The notes below the pieces were generated by a model. That model was given only the letters and a program-made list of their open reading frames with translations, was not told the DNA's origin and did not search any database. Shown piece after piece: positions 1 to 15,000 of a stretch of DNA of 64,000 nucleotides. Position 1 is the stretch's first letter. The number at the start of each line of letters is the position of its first letter. This DNA is from Convolutriloba macropyga. Taxonomy: Eukaryota. Location: the NCBI RefSeq assembly GCF_964194025.1, contig NC_134468.1:24118001-24182000 (forward strand), written 5' to 3'. The position numbers and the translations under genes were made by a program.

Positions 1-2437
1 TTAACCTATAATCCGCAAAAAGGTAAACATTTTTCCTGAAACTCTGGTACTCTCCATTGAAAAACGTGCAACTGAGAACAAGAAATAGTATATGATGGAA
101 AATTTCAATAGCAACTAACTTCATGATAAAGAAGAACGATTCATCCAATCGTGACAGCTTATAACCTGGAATCTTGCAACAAATACAGACTCAAATGAAA
201 AACAAATACCATACGCGATCAACTATTGCCATTTCTCAAACAAACCGGGCTCCAAAAACTATATCTATGAACACAATTTGAACAATAATAACTGAGCATC
301 AAATTCTGATATCAACAGAAACAATGGGGGAGAAAAGCAGCCAATAAAAAATATAAATATAATCAATTAATGAATAATTATTCAAAAACTATTTTTTATT
401 AATGCTTTTTGCGTGTATGCTGGCTCAGGTTGAACACGACAGATGCTCACAAGACTATAATCCTTGAGTTTAAAAAAATGCACACGGTGCAATAAATAGT
501 TGTACCCCAATGAAAAATTACTTCATATGGAATGAGAAACCAAATTTGTCTCGTAGCAGAAAACATTGTTACCAAGATCTTAAAAAGCAGAACAAATGAA
601 AACAAGTGGAAAAACAATTATGATACTAAGAAAAAGAAAAATTTAACGTGAACACCAATATTAAACAATATTTTTGGCGATGGTATAACAATATCCAAAA
701 AAATTAAAAACAAAATACATTATAAAAAATTGAATTGTAGTTGGAAAGATTACTTTGAATTATTTCACAAGGAAATGAGCTACCACACACTGAGCAAGAC
801 GCAGATAATATCGTGTCTATTGAATCCCAACAAAACTATTGGATCCGTGAGAACCGCGGGCGGGCATTGAAAGATGAAGCCAAATTTATAGTCCCATATC
901 TAACATTTTTATAAACAATTGCATCAGATTTTATTCTTCAAGTGGAGCTAAAAGATATCTCATAACTCCTGTATTAAAAAGAAGATAATTAGGGCTAACT
1001 TCATTAACAGTAGCGCTCTCCAAAGCCTTTGAAACTCGAAACAAAATTAAATAATTAAAAAATTCATTGATGGAAATTGCAAGTACAAATATCAATCGTT
1101 TAGCAATTGGCATTATGGTGTCTATGGTTCGAACCGCCAGCACAGTGGAAGCTTTCAACACTAAAAACGGTACTGATAGACAAGTTAGCATGATTTTCGT
1201 TGAAAAATTATAGACAAACATTTACTTGATATCGGTAAGATCGCAATATTAAAAATAAAGATTAACTTAAAATTGGCGGCGCAGGTGTGATGAATTTAGT
1301 GCCCAAAGTCTTGAATCCTAAGCGGAGATTTGAAATTTCCATGGGTAACGAAAACTGCAATATCTGACACAATAGTTGTTGGATTAACCTATAATCCGCA
1401 AAAAGGTAAACATTTTTCCTGAAACTCTGGTAATCTCCATTGAAAAACGTGCAACTGAGAACAAGAAATAGTATATGACGGAAAATTTCAATAGCAACTA
1501 ACTTCATGATAAAGAAGAACGATTCGTCCAATCGTGACAGCTTATAACCTGGAATCTTGCAACAAATCCAGACTCAAATGAAAAACAAATACCATACGCG
1601 ATCAACTATTGCCATTTCTCATACAAACCGGGCTCCAAAAACTATATCTATGAACACAATTTGAACAATAATAACTGAGCATCAAATTCTGATATCAACA
1701 GAAACAATGGGGGATAAAAGCAGCCAATAAAAAATATAAATATATTCAATTAATGAATAATTATTCAAAAACTATTTTTTATTAATGCTTTTTGCGTGTA
1801 TGCTGGCTCAGGTTGAACACGACAGATGCTCACAAGACTATAATCCTTGAGTAAAAAAAATGCACACGGTGCAATAAATAGTTGTACCCCAATGAAAAAT
1901 TACTTCATATGGAATGAAAAACCAAATTTGTCTCGTAGCAGAAAACATTGTTACCAAGATCTTAAAAAGCAGAACAAATGAAAACAAGTGGAAAAACAAT
2001 TATGATACTAAGAAAAAGAAAAATTTAACGTGAACACCAATATTAAACAATATTTTTGGCGATGGTATAACAGAATCCAAAAAAATTAAAAACAAAATAC
2101 ATTATAAAAAATTGAATTGTAGCTGGAAAGATTACTTTGAATTATTTCACAAGGAAATGAGCTACCACACACTGAGCAAGACGCAGATAATATCGTGTCT
2201 ATTGAATCCCAACAAAACTATTGGACCCGTGAGAACCGCGGGTCGGGCATTGAAAGATGAAGCCAAATTTATAGTCCCATATCTAACATTTTTATAAACA
2301 ATTGCATCAGATTTTATTCTTCAAGTGGAGCTAAAAGATATCTCATAACTCCTGTATTAAAAAGAAGATAATTAAGGCTAACTTCATTAACAGTAGCGCT
2401 CTCCAAAGTCTTTGAAACTTGAACCAAAATTAAATAA
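1..2437. repeat. Tandem duplication, period ~1383 bp, near-identical copies; extends left of the window
   Basis: ttaacctataatccgcaaaaagg occurs at 1 and 1384; 1-1056 is repeated at 1384-2437. Confidence 0.95.
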
Positions 2438-2454
2438 ATTTTAAGGATGACAAA

Positions 2455-3110
2455 AGTACTGTTTTAACAGCACTAATCAATCCCTCAAAAGCTTTTTATT
2501 AAATAAAGCATAATAAAAATAATTCTATATAAGCATCCGCATGTGAAAACCATGCTTCGAACCAAAAACAAGCTTCCAAAAAAACGTAGAGTACAAAAAG
2601 CGCTATTAAATGACGATGAATCAAAGTCAATTAATTTGTACTAAGGGATTCTCAGGGAACTGCTAAAGGTCCTCTATTTTTCAATATAATTATCAATCCA
2701 GAAACAACATATTCACATTCAATCCAGAAAGAACATAATTGGGTCGCAAAATCGAATTACAACCTCAAGAAAATAGACTCTTCTCACGATTTAAAGTTAA
2801 AGCAACCGACCTATACAAAATCCTTTCTGGAAAATTTCTCTATTTTCTAAAACTGACCATTTCTTTCATCAAAACAACCAAAATTTGCAATAACTTTGAG
2901 CCCAAATGCGAGTCCAGCTACCTACACAACTTCTTTTTTGCAACAGCTGCACAATCATGGAACAATCTTATCAAATACGATGATTGAAGGTAGACAATGA
3001 AGGCTCTCAAATCGCTAAAACATGCTTCAATGTAAAAAGAAATTTACGGATTTTGTGATCTGAAGCCGCATCATGGAGACTTCACGTTCAATGAAAAATT
3101 ACCATCAAGA
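2455..3110 (+). mobile_element. Decayed non-LTR retrotransposon (CR1/L2-like) RT and C-terminal fragments
   Basis: Remnants of DLSKAF (~2480), G.(P)QGT..GPLFFNI (~2643-2688) and FFFATAAQSWNNL (~2930-2970). Frames are broken. Confidence 0.6.
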
Positions 3111-6100
3111 AACTTTTAGATTTAAGACAATGTAATTGGGCCATGGCTTATACTTTTTTACAACTATCTGCCCACTCACTCTATGCACTCTAATTGCCAT
3201 GGTATCGTATATCTGACATCAAAAACATAACCAGCAGATTTCCTGAAAATAACTGGCATTGAATCAAATAAACCCGATTGGCATTGAAAATAAACAAATG
3301 AAAATTCCTTCCGCACAATAAAATTTTTGAAGTGCCAAGTTTCTATTTTTGTTCTTTTTTAAAACGGATTCTATAGATGCAAAATTATTCTTCGGAGCAA
3401 CTCCTGCTTAACAGCATTTCGAGAAAAATGACAGACGCGAGAAACTAGCCGAGACAAATCAGATTTTACGCAAAATGCTGAGCAAGCTGTGAACAAAAGG
3501 AAAGCGCGACAATTTTTTTTCGATGAAAGTATAGAACACATATCAGGACAAAACCTTAACTAGAATCCAACTACACAAAAAATAGACGAAGTATTTAGCA
3601 ATTAATCCAGAAACTTATTTTTAAAAATCAGAAACATTATTTTAATATTATTTAAAAAACACCAAAACTAGCAAAAACAATCACAATCGAGAGAGCGAAT
3701 TGTTGTTCAAACAGCTTTCTCTCATGCCGCAAAACCACACATATCATAGAGAGAAAAAGAATTCAAAATATTGCAAAAGTTAAGTTAATCAGGAATAATG
3801 ATTTCTGGACTCAAGAATATTCACAAAAAAATATCGGTCAAAACTGTTAGAAGTATTTCCAACAAGCAACTGATAAAAGCAGAGCGACAAGAAACTGTTT
3901 CTTAGGAGAACTCAACAAAGATACATGCTAAAATGTCAAGAATACGGACACATTGTAAACAAAAACGAAAAACTAAGTTAATTTAGAAAATTGATTTCAA
4001 AAATGAGGTATTAAAACCAGGACATTTCAATATTTAGCATACGCGGCTCAGAAAAATTAAGAGAAATTACATAGCAATCTTCCTGTCTAATTGAAACGTC
4101 AAAAGCGCATTCTAAGATTCAAAGCGTTTTATGAAAAACTATTTTATAAAAACATTTGTCAAAATATTGATTAAATTGCACTAATGAAAAACCTTTCACT
4201 GAATTTCCAAGATTTAACGCCCGAAAAACGATCGATTGATAAGAGCACCAAAATAAACGTTTTTTGGAAGAAAGTGTGATCAATGAAAACAAAACAATTA
4301 ATGAACAAAAAGCCAAACATCATTATCAATTTTTAGAAAAATATGCCAGTTTTGCGCTTTAAAATGCATATTTCAGGTTATTTAAACTGTTACCTATATC
4401 TCTCAAAAACACTTCCAAAGTCGAAATGATATTCACTGATTGCAGCACATGATCCATAAAATTCCACTCAATCAGAAAAATTAGTTGACACGACACTCGC
4501 TTTTAGCCTGTCTGAAAAAATACTACTTCCGTTAAAAAAAACAAAGAAGGCTGGAAGAATTCCGGAAGCATTTCTAAGCGTCGGAGCTTTGCAAACAAGA
4601 AACCATAATGGCGAACAAAATCATTGTTTGACTGAAAACAATTATTCTTTGCCCCACGAGAGTTAGGTGAAAAATTCCGGAGAAATTAAAGCCCCGTTGT
4701 AACGAGAAAAATTGAATTCAGCTTTGACATTAATGAAGCACGCAAATGTAAAAACAATTTCATCGTCGTTCGAAAATCTTCCCAAAAAAAGAAGAGATTG
4801 GACAGGAAACTCACAGTAAAATCTTTAAGACGGACAAAAACTAAAAAGCTCAAAAAACTCCCAGAGCTAACAGCCTTAACGAAATAATAGATCTCAAAAT
4901 CCTCAGTTAAATCAGCAACTCAAAAAACAGACTGGAAAGCATCAGGGAGAAAGCATTTGAAGAAACTGAATTGCTTTGTAGAACAAATTAAAATTAAAAT
5001 TCAGGTATCAAGAAACCAAGAACTTTTCGTTGTTGCGTCACAACAGTTCGAAAAAATTAACAAAGTCTTTAAATTGAAATGAAACGATTGCAAAACTTCA
5101 ACTTATCAGGAAAAAGAGAAAACAGATTAAAACTCAAAAGCAAGAAACTGTTTAGAATCAAAATCCAGCCCAAGAAAGCTAAAAGAAATATCGGTCATTT
5201 GCCTCGCAAATATCAGTCAAGAAATATGATTATTTTCCAACAATTTCTTTGAGCTGAATTTTGTAAAATCAAAAGGACTGCAAAAAAATTATAAAACATA
5301 AAAACTTTAAAAACTTTTTAAACAAACCAGAAAGGCTGAGCAAATAAAATAAAAGGTTATAGCAAAAACATAAAATATTTGAGAGAAAAAAAGCTATCAA
5401 ATGTTACAGAGTAAAGGTTAAGGACACAATGGAAAAAAGTAGTACCAAAGGCATCTTCGTAATTCCGAAAGTTGAAAAACAAACAAAGATTAAGTAGAAA
5501 AGCAAGTATATTTCATTGTATAGCACTAAGGCCTAGCAAAAATACAACGAATCCTGTCAAGAAAACATTGCAAGCAAAATTCAAAGATTTGATTTATCGG
5601 AATAATTTGACTAAAATGTCTAAAATATGGATAAAATTTTGATTAAAAAATACTCAATTCCAATTCAAATGATCAGGACGTTGAAATCCCTGACGAAACG
5701 CAGAAAGCTTTATTCAAAAATCAACCGACAATACATACCAAATTAATATCTGGACAAAAACCGCTGAAATCGGATTATTAGGTGTACAATGCAATATTAT
5801 AAACACACCTCACTTCAAAAACAGAGGCATTTAATTCTAGAATTATCAAAGGGACGTTGCCATAGACATTTATTACAAAAACATTTGCTCAAACATCCAA
5901 AAATAAAAACATCGAAAAAACGAAAATTAAAATAGATATATGACAATTTTGCGCTTGAAACGCATGGTAAGGCTCTAGTAATCACGGAACTATCAATTCC
6001 AGAGGATTAGATATTAATCCAGCGTCAATCCAGACTATTTCTACAAAAAAAAACTGCAAGCAGAAAAATTGAGCCAAAAGGTCAAAAAACAGCCAAAACT

Positions 6101-6557
6101 GTTATCTTAAGGGCTATTTTCTCAAAATGGCCGTTTTCCATGGCCGAATGTCATTCACTCAATCAAAACAGCGCATGAACAAAAAACTTCTTTCGCTCAG
6201 AAAAAAATTAGTTCAGACGTCAATTTTACTCGCTTTCACTTTTATGTCAAAGCGCTATCTGAACAAATAGTACTTCCAGTAAAAAGAAACCTCAAGAATA
6301 CCAATACTCAAGAAAACCAATACAACGCCCCAATAAAATTCAAATTCTTTGAATTTTAATAAGGCCGGTTGAAAAGCTGAGGGCGGCTATTAATTAGTGG
6401 TTTTTAATAGATTTTCGAAAAATGGAAATAACAGGCAGACGGGAAATTAGTTACTAAATCTCACGCATTCAAATCATGTTCGCCGAAAATAAGGTGAAAA
6501 AGGACGCGTTCTTATTCCGCGTTCTCAAAATTGGTAGACAGACGATGAATAACATAC

Positions 6558-6869
6558 ACCAGGTGCAAATCCTCGAATTCCTTCATCCTCATCACCCTTC
6601 TGAGCCAAGATACTTGCACTCAGTAAACAGTTGTAGTGGACAGATACATCTTCACTGCGAAGGAACTCGCCATACATCACTTCATCGTCCGTGTCCTTCT
6701 CTGCCCTCCCACAAAATATACAGTTGGTTGTGTGAACCAATGCATTTGTCAGAAGCACAGGCGACGCATCAGGAGAGCCACATTCAAAACGCCGCATCAG
6801 TTTGGTCGCTTGAGGCGATGTTTTCTTCTGACCAGAAGTGGACGTAGATGGAGACTGTGCTTTTTCCAT
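6558..6869 (-). CDS. First coding exon of a G2E3/PHF7-like extended PHD-finger protein; further exons not found in the window
   Basis: CIFCGR...YGE...VHYNCLLSAS.L.QKGDEDEGIRGF matches the C2HC pre-PHD of G2E3/PHF7/PHF11. Likely donor GGT|GTATGT at 6557. Acceptor-like ttggttccag at 6934. Confidence 0.8.
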
Positions 6870-7439
6870 TCTTTACTTATTTTTATTTCACATCAAACAG
6901 GCTAATACCACCTTCAAAGATCAAATCTCAAATCTGGAACCAAATAAATTTTGAATAAAACATGTTAACGTATGTTTATGCATGAGCAGGCAGTTAGCAC
7001 ACAAACACACACAACCTATCTTGTTTCAATTTTTATCGTTTTCTGCCGTAGAATGCGATTAAGCTAAACTAAAATCTTTCAACGATTCATGGCAGGATTG
7101 AACATTAAAATTGTACTTCTAACTTTTCGAATTCTGCTTCAAAAATTGTTCTCTAAACGGCAATCTGGCATTGATAAAAAAATACAATGAATCCGATTTG
7201 ATTCAGAGATGACGATTCCATTGTTGAATCATAATCCATAAAAAGGTTTTTAGCCATCAACCTGATAATTTAGATAAAACCAAACCATACGGACAACTAC
7301 AAATCCAGGTCAATCCAACGCACCAAAAACTATTAATTGGCCACATTCAACTCATAATAAATGAAAGCATATAAAAATTTCCAGAACTTTCCAAAAACTT
7401 TCCAGAAATTCATTAAAAAAGGTTACAAGACGCCAAAAT

Positions 7440-8200
7440 AAAAACCACCAGATCTTATATACGATCTTCCAATTTCAGTCACAAGTCCGTTTCACAGATT
7501 TTCGAACATTCAATCCAAGACCAAATGGAAGAAAATTTTGTCCGCAAAGAAAATTTTAAATGAATTTCAGTAGTTTTAGGAAAACCAAATCTACGCGACA
7601 GGCATTATCATATCTTGACAAATTAGTGCGCAATACAATTAATGCATCAAAACATTTTTTTAGCTTGATAGAGCAAACGCTCTCAATTGCAATAAAACAA
7701 GAAAATTTTCAAGACCTAAGAAACAAGGTTTTTCATATAGTTCCATGAAAATTTTGGAAAATTTGTTTTAAAATAGGAAGCAAGTTGAAAAATTAGAAAT
7801 GAGATATCAAATATGAAGCATACCATTTTATAAAACTGAGGTACTACATAGTAGAAAGGAAACAAGCAGATTTTAAAGAATTCCAATTTGCTTATTGTAA
7901 GAACCTAAGTGTCCACATTGACCACAATTTGAATTTTAACACACGAAAGGATATTTTACTCAGCAAAATTGCTTAAAGAATTCGATCTTATCGAATTAGA
8001 AACTCAGTCCCACAAAGCACACGAGTTATGCTCTGAAAATCGCTAGTTCTTTGATATAAGTTACAGTTCTGTTTTGTTTATTCGAACAACAAAATCAAAG
8101 ACTACACAGGCAAATAAAATGGGGAAAAATCTGCTTCATGAGAGAAGTATAATTCAGGCCCAGATTTGCTGCTGAGCAACAAAAAAATTAGCAAGAGAAG
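7440..8200 (+). mobile_element. Decayed LINE ORF2 fragments
   Basis: Remnants resembling YRPISVT (~7460) and CKNLSVHIDHNLNFNT (~7896-7945, cf. KYLGVHID..L.F..H). Confidence 0.5.
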
Positions 8201-8599
8201 AACATTCAACAACACAACTTAAACACAAACTAATATGTGTGACGATGAACAAAAATAAATTCGACTAAAGTGCAACACAAACAACATAAGAAGACTCGAG
8301 ACCTGTTTTGGCCATTTAGATTAGTAAATATCAAGTAAGTGCGAATGGATTTTTTTGAAGAGAGTTATCTCAAACCGTTTTCAAATATTGACCTGAAACC
8401 TGACGCAAAAGGGTAATAAACGAGACTTACATACGCCGTGAAGAACGCAAATTCAATTAAGAAGTAAACAAGGAAGCTCGGTAACGTATGTTCGCCCATT
8501 ATGTTCCGACCCATCTCAGCCAAATGTTTGACATAAAAGTCTCCAAAATGAAGAAAACGTTCAAAAATTTATATATTGCTCGAGATTATAAACTTCTCA

Positions 8600-9040
8600 C
8601 AATCGAAGTTTGTAGCAATTTTATTAGTCCTGTGGTCTTTTGTTTATGCGACTTTCCGCTTGACCGATTTTGAGTCCGACCCATTTGACTTTCCGTCCTC
8701 AAAAACAAGATAAACAGGTAGCGATTCGAGTTCATTAAGTTCTCTTAGAGCCCTAAGCCTCACTATACTCAAGAATGCGATTCACCAGAACTCTTTTGAG
8801 GAAACAAAGTCATGGTGCGAACGGCGGTTATTAATCTTAAAGGGTTGTTTCCCTCCCCCGCCGCCCAACACTCCCATTGTGAAGCTGGGAGGTAGGGTTG
8901 CTGGATGCGATGGGGGTTCAAATCGACAGCAGGTGAAGGGTTTAATCCAATTTGAACCCCCAACTCATCTAACAACCCTACCCCCCATCGCATGAATCCA
9001 ACCACTCCCATAGCATGAAACCAACCATCCCCCCACCACG
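8600..9040 (+). mobile_element. HINE family 1 (G-rich variant) in the opposite orientation
   Basis: cgaagtttgtagcaattttattagtcctgtggtc...ttgaccgattt...cctcaaaaacaagataaacaggtag is the reverse complement of the 46900-47040 sequence. Confidence 0.7.
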
Positions 9041-9071
9041 TGCCTGGTGTTTCCATTTTAAGAAATTGCTT

Positions 9072-12000
9072 CAAACTCAAACCACTAAAAGTTGAAAAAT
9101 GCCTTATTAGAAGGCCGATGACACAAAGGAAACTAAGAGAATCTGGACAACAAAATCAAATAAAAACGACAAGCATTAAATACGACCAACCCAATGTCTA
9201 TCCACTTTTCATGAAAAAAAAACTTAATAAAAAAAGTCAAAGTATCTTCAGATAAAAAATAAACCAACAAACTGACCAACGGATTTTGGCATTAAATATA
9301 TTGAATCTGTTTTTATTAAAGATATGGGATATGATAACGATATGATATGATAATGATAGGATATGAAGTAGACAAAAATCAAAATGCCAACGATAAAAAT
9401 TACGCCTATTCTTTTTGAAAAACAAATAATTTCAAAGTCCAGAAAAAACATTAGCTATCATTGAGACCTGTAAACAATGCAGTTTATCGTGTGACTACAA
9501 AGAGAACAAATACGGCCAAAAATCAAAGATTCAATTTATTTTTTACAAAAGGAAGCACTTAAAATCACAATCTGTCAACAACTTAAATATTTCAACGCAA
9601 AGCAAGTGATATGTGAATTACGTTCAAGGTGATAATTGGATAACAGAGCACAAAATAACTGAAAAACTGGAAAATGTCTAAGAATAAAAAGAGGTTAAGA
9701 AAACTCTAGTATCAAAGCCAAAAAACTTAAAATTAATTGATAGTAACTCAGAAAACACTACATTTTATTTCACTTGCACAGAGGATAATAGCTCTCCTTT
9801 TGCTTACATTTTTTGAACCAAATTTTAAAAAACCATAAGTCATAACAACCAAAACCTGCCTGCTAGGGTTTCAAACAATTTTACACAATGTCAAAACAAA
9901 AAAACGGTAACTTTTTCGTTCAAATTAAAACGTATGTTCTTCGACCCTAAATTGCCACTAAATTTGATTTTTTAATTATTGCGAAGTGATTTGAATCCAT
10001 TCTGATCTAGTAAACAAAAAAATATTTAAAAAAGGACAGCGCCCCATTAAAATCCGAATAACATTTTAATTTTACATCTCTACAATTATACCAAAACTAG
10101 TCGTGCTATTGCTGCTAATCCCCTGAAACAAAAAACTGCTCAAAATGTTACCAAAACAGCTAAGATGAGAAAAATAATTGCTTTATATAAAATCAAGTGA
10201 GAACAATTATATAGTTAAATTAGCGGAAAACCATTAGGTATCCACTGAAATTATTCAATAATTTGTTTAATAGCTTGACAGATAGCAATTGAGACCATTA
10301 AAAAATCTGATTCAGTCAAAACGGTACAAAAAAATGCTGGCAAAACAAGCACCTGTTGACAAATTACTAAGAATTTGTCGGAGCAAAAAAACCATGAGCT
10401 TGAATCAGAAAACACAATATTTGTTCGTTGAGCTTCATAAATGGGACCTCTCATTGATTGAACCTCCATATAGAAACGGACTTCTCTGTAAATGCGCTGA
10501 AAAAAATGCAGAAAAAAAAGATAAAAAGAGGAAGCCAAAAAACAAAAAGAATCCCTTTTCATTACAAAAATCAACGATGGAACATAAAGTGGCCTTGCTG
10601 TCACTGCGCAGCAGTTAACAAACCTCAGAGTTCCCAGTAAATCCGTAATAGTTTTTGGGAAAGGAAAATCTGAATAACTTAAAAAAAAATGTTGCATTGT
10701 TGATTTCAAATTTGGCCGCATATTAAAGAGTTCCAGAACACTTTTGTTAGGAACCGGAGTTAAAACCAGCCCTCAACTGGGTAAACAGAGATTAGTTTAG
10801 TAATTCTTTATCTACATTACCGGTCAATTCGGACAAAGTGGGATAAAAAACAGTAGTGCCAGTTTTCATAAAAAATGAAAACCCAAAGTGTTAAAGCTTT
10901 AGCCAACAACTTGGCCAAAAGGGTTGGTTCAAACAAAGTAGCAGCTCTCTATTATCACGAAATTGAAACAAATGCGACTATTGCTAACCAGTTTCATCAT
11001 ATTTGTAACCAAATTGATCAAAATTTTACCACAAATAACGAAAAATGTGAACAAAACAACGTAAGTTAGCCTAACGTTCAAAAAACGTTATAACCTCCGT
11101 ATCTACTCGAAAAAAACGAATTAAAAAAACTTTAATTTGATATTCTTACCATGACAAGCTTTCTAAGGATACCACGTACATTTCACTCAGATGAATATAT
11201 CGATCAGCGGAAATTGTCTTAACAGAAAAGAAAACCCAATTGAGTATATAGTTCCTCTCCCCACTGAAGTGGGTAGGAACAATGAGAATGAAGTCAAATG
11301 GTCGCGAAAGAATACTAGATGCAAACGACGAATAGAAAACCGAAGTTATGAAAAACAATACAAACAATTGCAAAAATTCAGAAAACTGACTATCATGACA
11401 ATCACCGCTTTCTCTAGCTCGACCAGCAAACTGTTGTTTGCATAAAAGAGGAAGTTATTGATAAATGTTAAAATTTTCTACAATTAAAATCTACTGATTA
11501 GTTATTGCGCAACAACACTGCAAAACAACAAACCACTGATCGGCTCAATGAGCTAACAAGAAACCACAAAAATCAAAAAGCAAACAACAGTGCTATACGA
11601 AAATTATTTTTTCAACGATACAGAAGGCAATAGAAGCAGAGATCATACTATGAAGAGAAAGAAACTGAAATTGGAAGGTTGCAAATATCACCGTTGGTGA
11701 TAACTTTTTGGAGTTATTTTCTTTAAAATCAAAAACAAATGAATGCAAACTAAAGATCTTGCTCGCTCACTAGCAGCCTAAATGTCAGTGTCAAAAATAA
11801 CAGATAGTAAACGCAAAAATAAAAATAAAATATATTACTATAACAATATCGGTTAATTAACACTTGAAAACAACAGTAAGACAGTTTGGAACACATTTGA
11901 AAACTTCTATGTGAAATATCAGCATATCACGTTTCAGGTGAAAAATATCAACATTTAACTTAAACCGAATATGGACTTTCAAGAAACATTTCAGAAAAAA

Positions 12001-15000
12001 GTTCAAAAGGTTGAAACAAAAATTGACAAATAGGTTGATTTTCAGAATTCACATTTTGATCAGGTCATTACTCTTAGGTTTCACAAAACAATTATCATTA
12101 CACATAGCGGCATTAAAAAATATGCAAATACGAAAGCGAATTGTTGCCAGATTACCTAGTGATAAATTAAAACAAAGAATTCAGACGTGCAGTAAAAAGA
12201 TTTAGCTAAGAGAGAAAAGAATACAGTTTCTCTTTCAACATTCATAATTTTTGAAAAATTATACAAAAATTCTAACTGATTATGAATCTAATCGCTGCGC
12301 TATTAAACAACCAAGATACCAAAATAAATCCATCGGAGAGATTATAGCAATGTGGACAAACGTGCTTCAAAACGGCAAGGTTCTAAGGGACACTTAATAC
12401 TCTCATCAAAAAAATCCTAAGTCCATTTTCCGAGTTTTTGCAAAGATAAATCAGAGGTGTTTTTCATAGTGATAAACATGCCATCGGGGTTCCACATCAA
12501 CTTCTTGCTCTGTTTTTTGCTTCTACAATGTAATAGAAAGGTTTAAAAAGTGCAAAAGATCAAGAGTTGATTTCATTCAAGCAGTTGACTGCACATATAA
12601 GAACTAAAAACCTGCTAACAACTACACTTTGATAACAAAAAATAGAAAGATCAAAAACACAACTCCTTCTTTTATTTGTTGCATCTCAGGTCGATTGCAC
12701 GGCGAGTTCTACGCGAGTTGCTTATAAATTTACCTGCATTTTATAATCATTTTAATCAATTTACACGCAATCTAATTTACTAGTGTGTTAATTTGAAGAT
12801 AAAAATGACCTAGAATACTAAACATAGAACAACCCCGTTTTAAGTTCAAGGACTGAGTTCAAGTACTGATCAAAAACCAAGCTACAAAAAAATAGCCAAG
12901 ATGCTTTTCTCGGGGTGAAAAATAATAAGGTTGACAGGAACGACTTTAGGTTGAGCATTGATTGGATACAATGCTGCATAAAAATGTTTACTCAGATTCT
13001 TCAAATGAAAAAGATATTATGTCAAGATCTCAAAAAAAACAATTTCAAATAATTGTAGTATAAACTCAAACGACTAAAAGTTTAATAAAGCCTTATTAGA
13101 AGGCCGATGACACAAAGGAAACTAAGAGAATCTGGAAAACAAAATCAAGTAAAAACGACAAGCATTAAATACGACCAACCCAATGTATCCATTTTTCATG
13201 AAAAAAAAACTTAATAAAAAAGTCAAAGTATCTTCAGATAAAAAAAACCAACAAATTGACCAACGGATTTTGGCATTAAAGATATTGAATCTGTTTTTAT
13301 TAAAGATATGGGATATGATAACGATATGATATGATAATGATAGGATTTGAGGTAGACAAAAATCAAAATGCCAACGATGAAAATTACGCCTTTTCTATTC
13401 TAAAAGCAATTAATTTCAAAGTCCGGAAAAACACTAGCTATCGTTGAGAGCTGTAAACAAGCAGATTATCGTCTGACTACAAATAGAACAAATACGGCCA
13501 AAAATCAAAGATTAAATTTATTTTTTTTAAAAAAGGAAGCATTTAAAATCACAATCTGTCAACAATTTAAATATTTCAACGCAAAGCACGTGATATGTGA
13601 ATTACGTTCAAGTTGATAATTGGACAACAGAGCAACAAATAACTGAAAACTGGGAAATGTCTAACAATAAAAATAGGTTAAGAAAACTCTAGTATCAAAG
13701 CCAAAAAACTTAAAATTAATTGATAGTAACTCAGAAAACACTACATTTTATTTCACTTGAACAGAGGATAATAGCTCTCCTTTTGCTTACACTTCGCTAA
13801 AAAGTGACAGAAATCAGATTAAAAAAGGCAAATCTAAAAACCATCATTTTTTGAATCAAATTTTTAAAAACCATAAGTCATAACAACCAAAATCTGCCTG
13901 CTAAGGCTTCAAACAATTTTACGCAATGTCAAAACAAAAAAACGGTAACTTTTTCGTTCAAATTAAAACGTATGTTCTTCGACCCTAAATTGCCACTGAA
14001 TTTGATTTTTTAATTATTGAGAAAAGATTTGAATCCATTCTGATCTAGTTAACAAAAAATATTTAAAAAAGGACAGCGCCCCATTAAAATCCGAATAACA
14101 TTTTAATTTTAAAACTCTGCAATTATACCAAAACTAGTCGTGCTATTGCTGCTCATCCCCTGAAACAAAAAACTGCTCAAAATGTTACCAAAACAGCTAA
14201 TATGAGAAAAATAATTCCGTTATATAAAAAAATTAAGTGAGAACAATTATATAGTTATATTAGCGGAAAACCATTAGGTATCAACTGAAATCATTCAATA
14301 ATTTGTTTAATAGCTTGACAGATAGCAATTGAGACCTTTAATAAATCTGATTCAGTCAAAACGCTACAAAAAAATGCTGGCAGAACAAGCACCTGTTGAC
14401 AATTTACTAAGAAATTGTCGGAGCACTAAAAACCATGAGCTTGAATCAGAATACACAATATTTGTTCGTTGTGCTTCATAAATGGGACCTCTCATTGATT
14501 GAACCTCCATACAGCAACTGACTTCTCTGTAAATGCGATGAAAAAATTGCAGAAAAAAGATAAAAAAAAGGAAGCCAAAAAACAAAAAGAATCCCTTTTC
14601 ATTACAAAAATCAACAATGGAACATAAAGTGGCCTTGCTGTCACTGCGCAGCAGTTAACAAACCTCAGAGTTCCCAGTAAATGCGTAATAGAGTTTTTGG
14701 GAAAGGAAAATCTGAATATAATAAAAATAAATGTTGCATTGTTGATTTCAAATTTGGCCGCATATTTAAGAGTTCCAGAACACTTTTGTTAGGAAACGGA
14801 ATTAAAACCAGCCCTCAACTGGGTAAACAGAGATTAGGTTAGTAATTGTTTGTCCAAATTATCGGTCAATTCGGACAAAGTGGGCTAAAAAACAGTAGTG
14901 CCAGTTTTCATAAAAGATGAAAACCCAAATTGTTAAATCTTTAGCCAACAATTTGGCCAAAAGGGTTGGTTCAAACAAAGTAGCAACTCTCTATTATCAC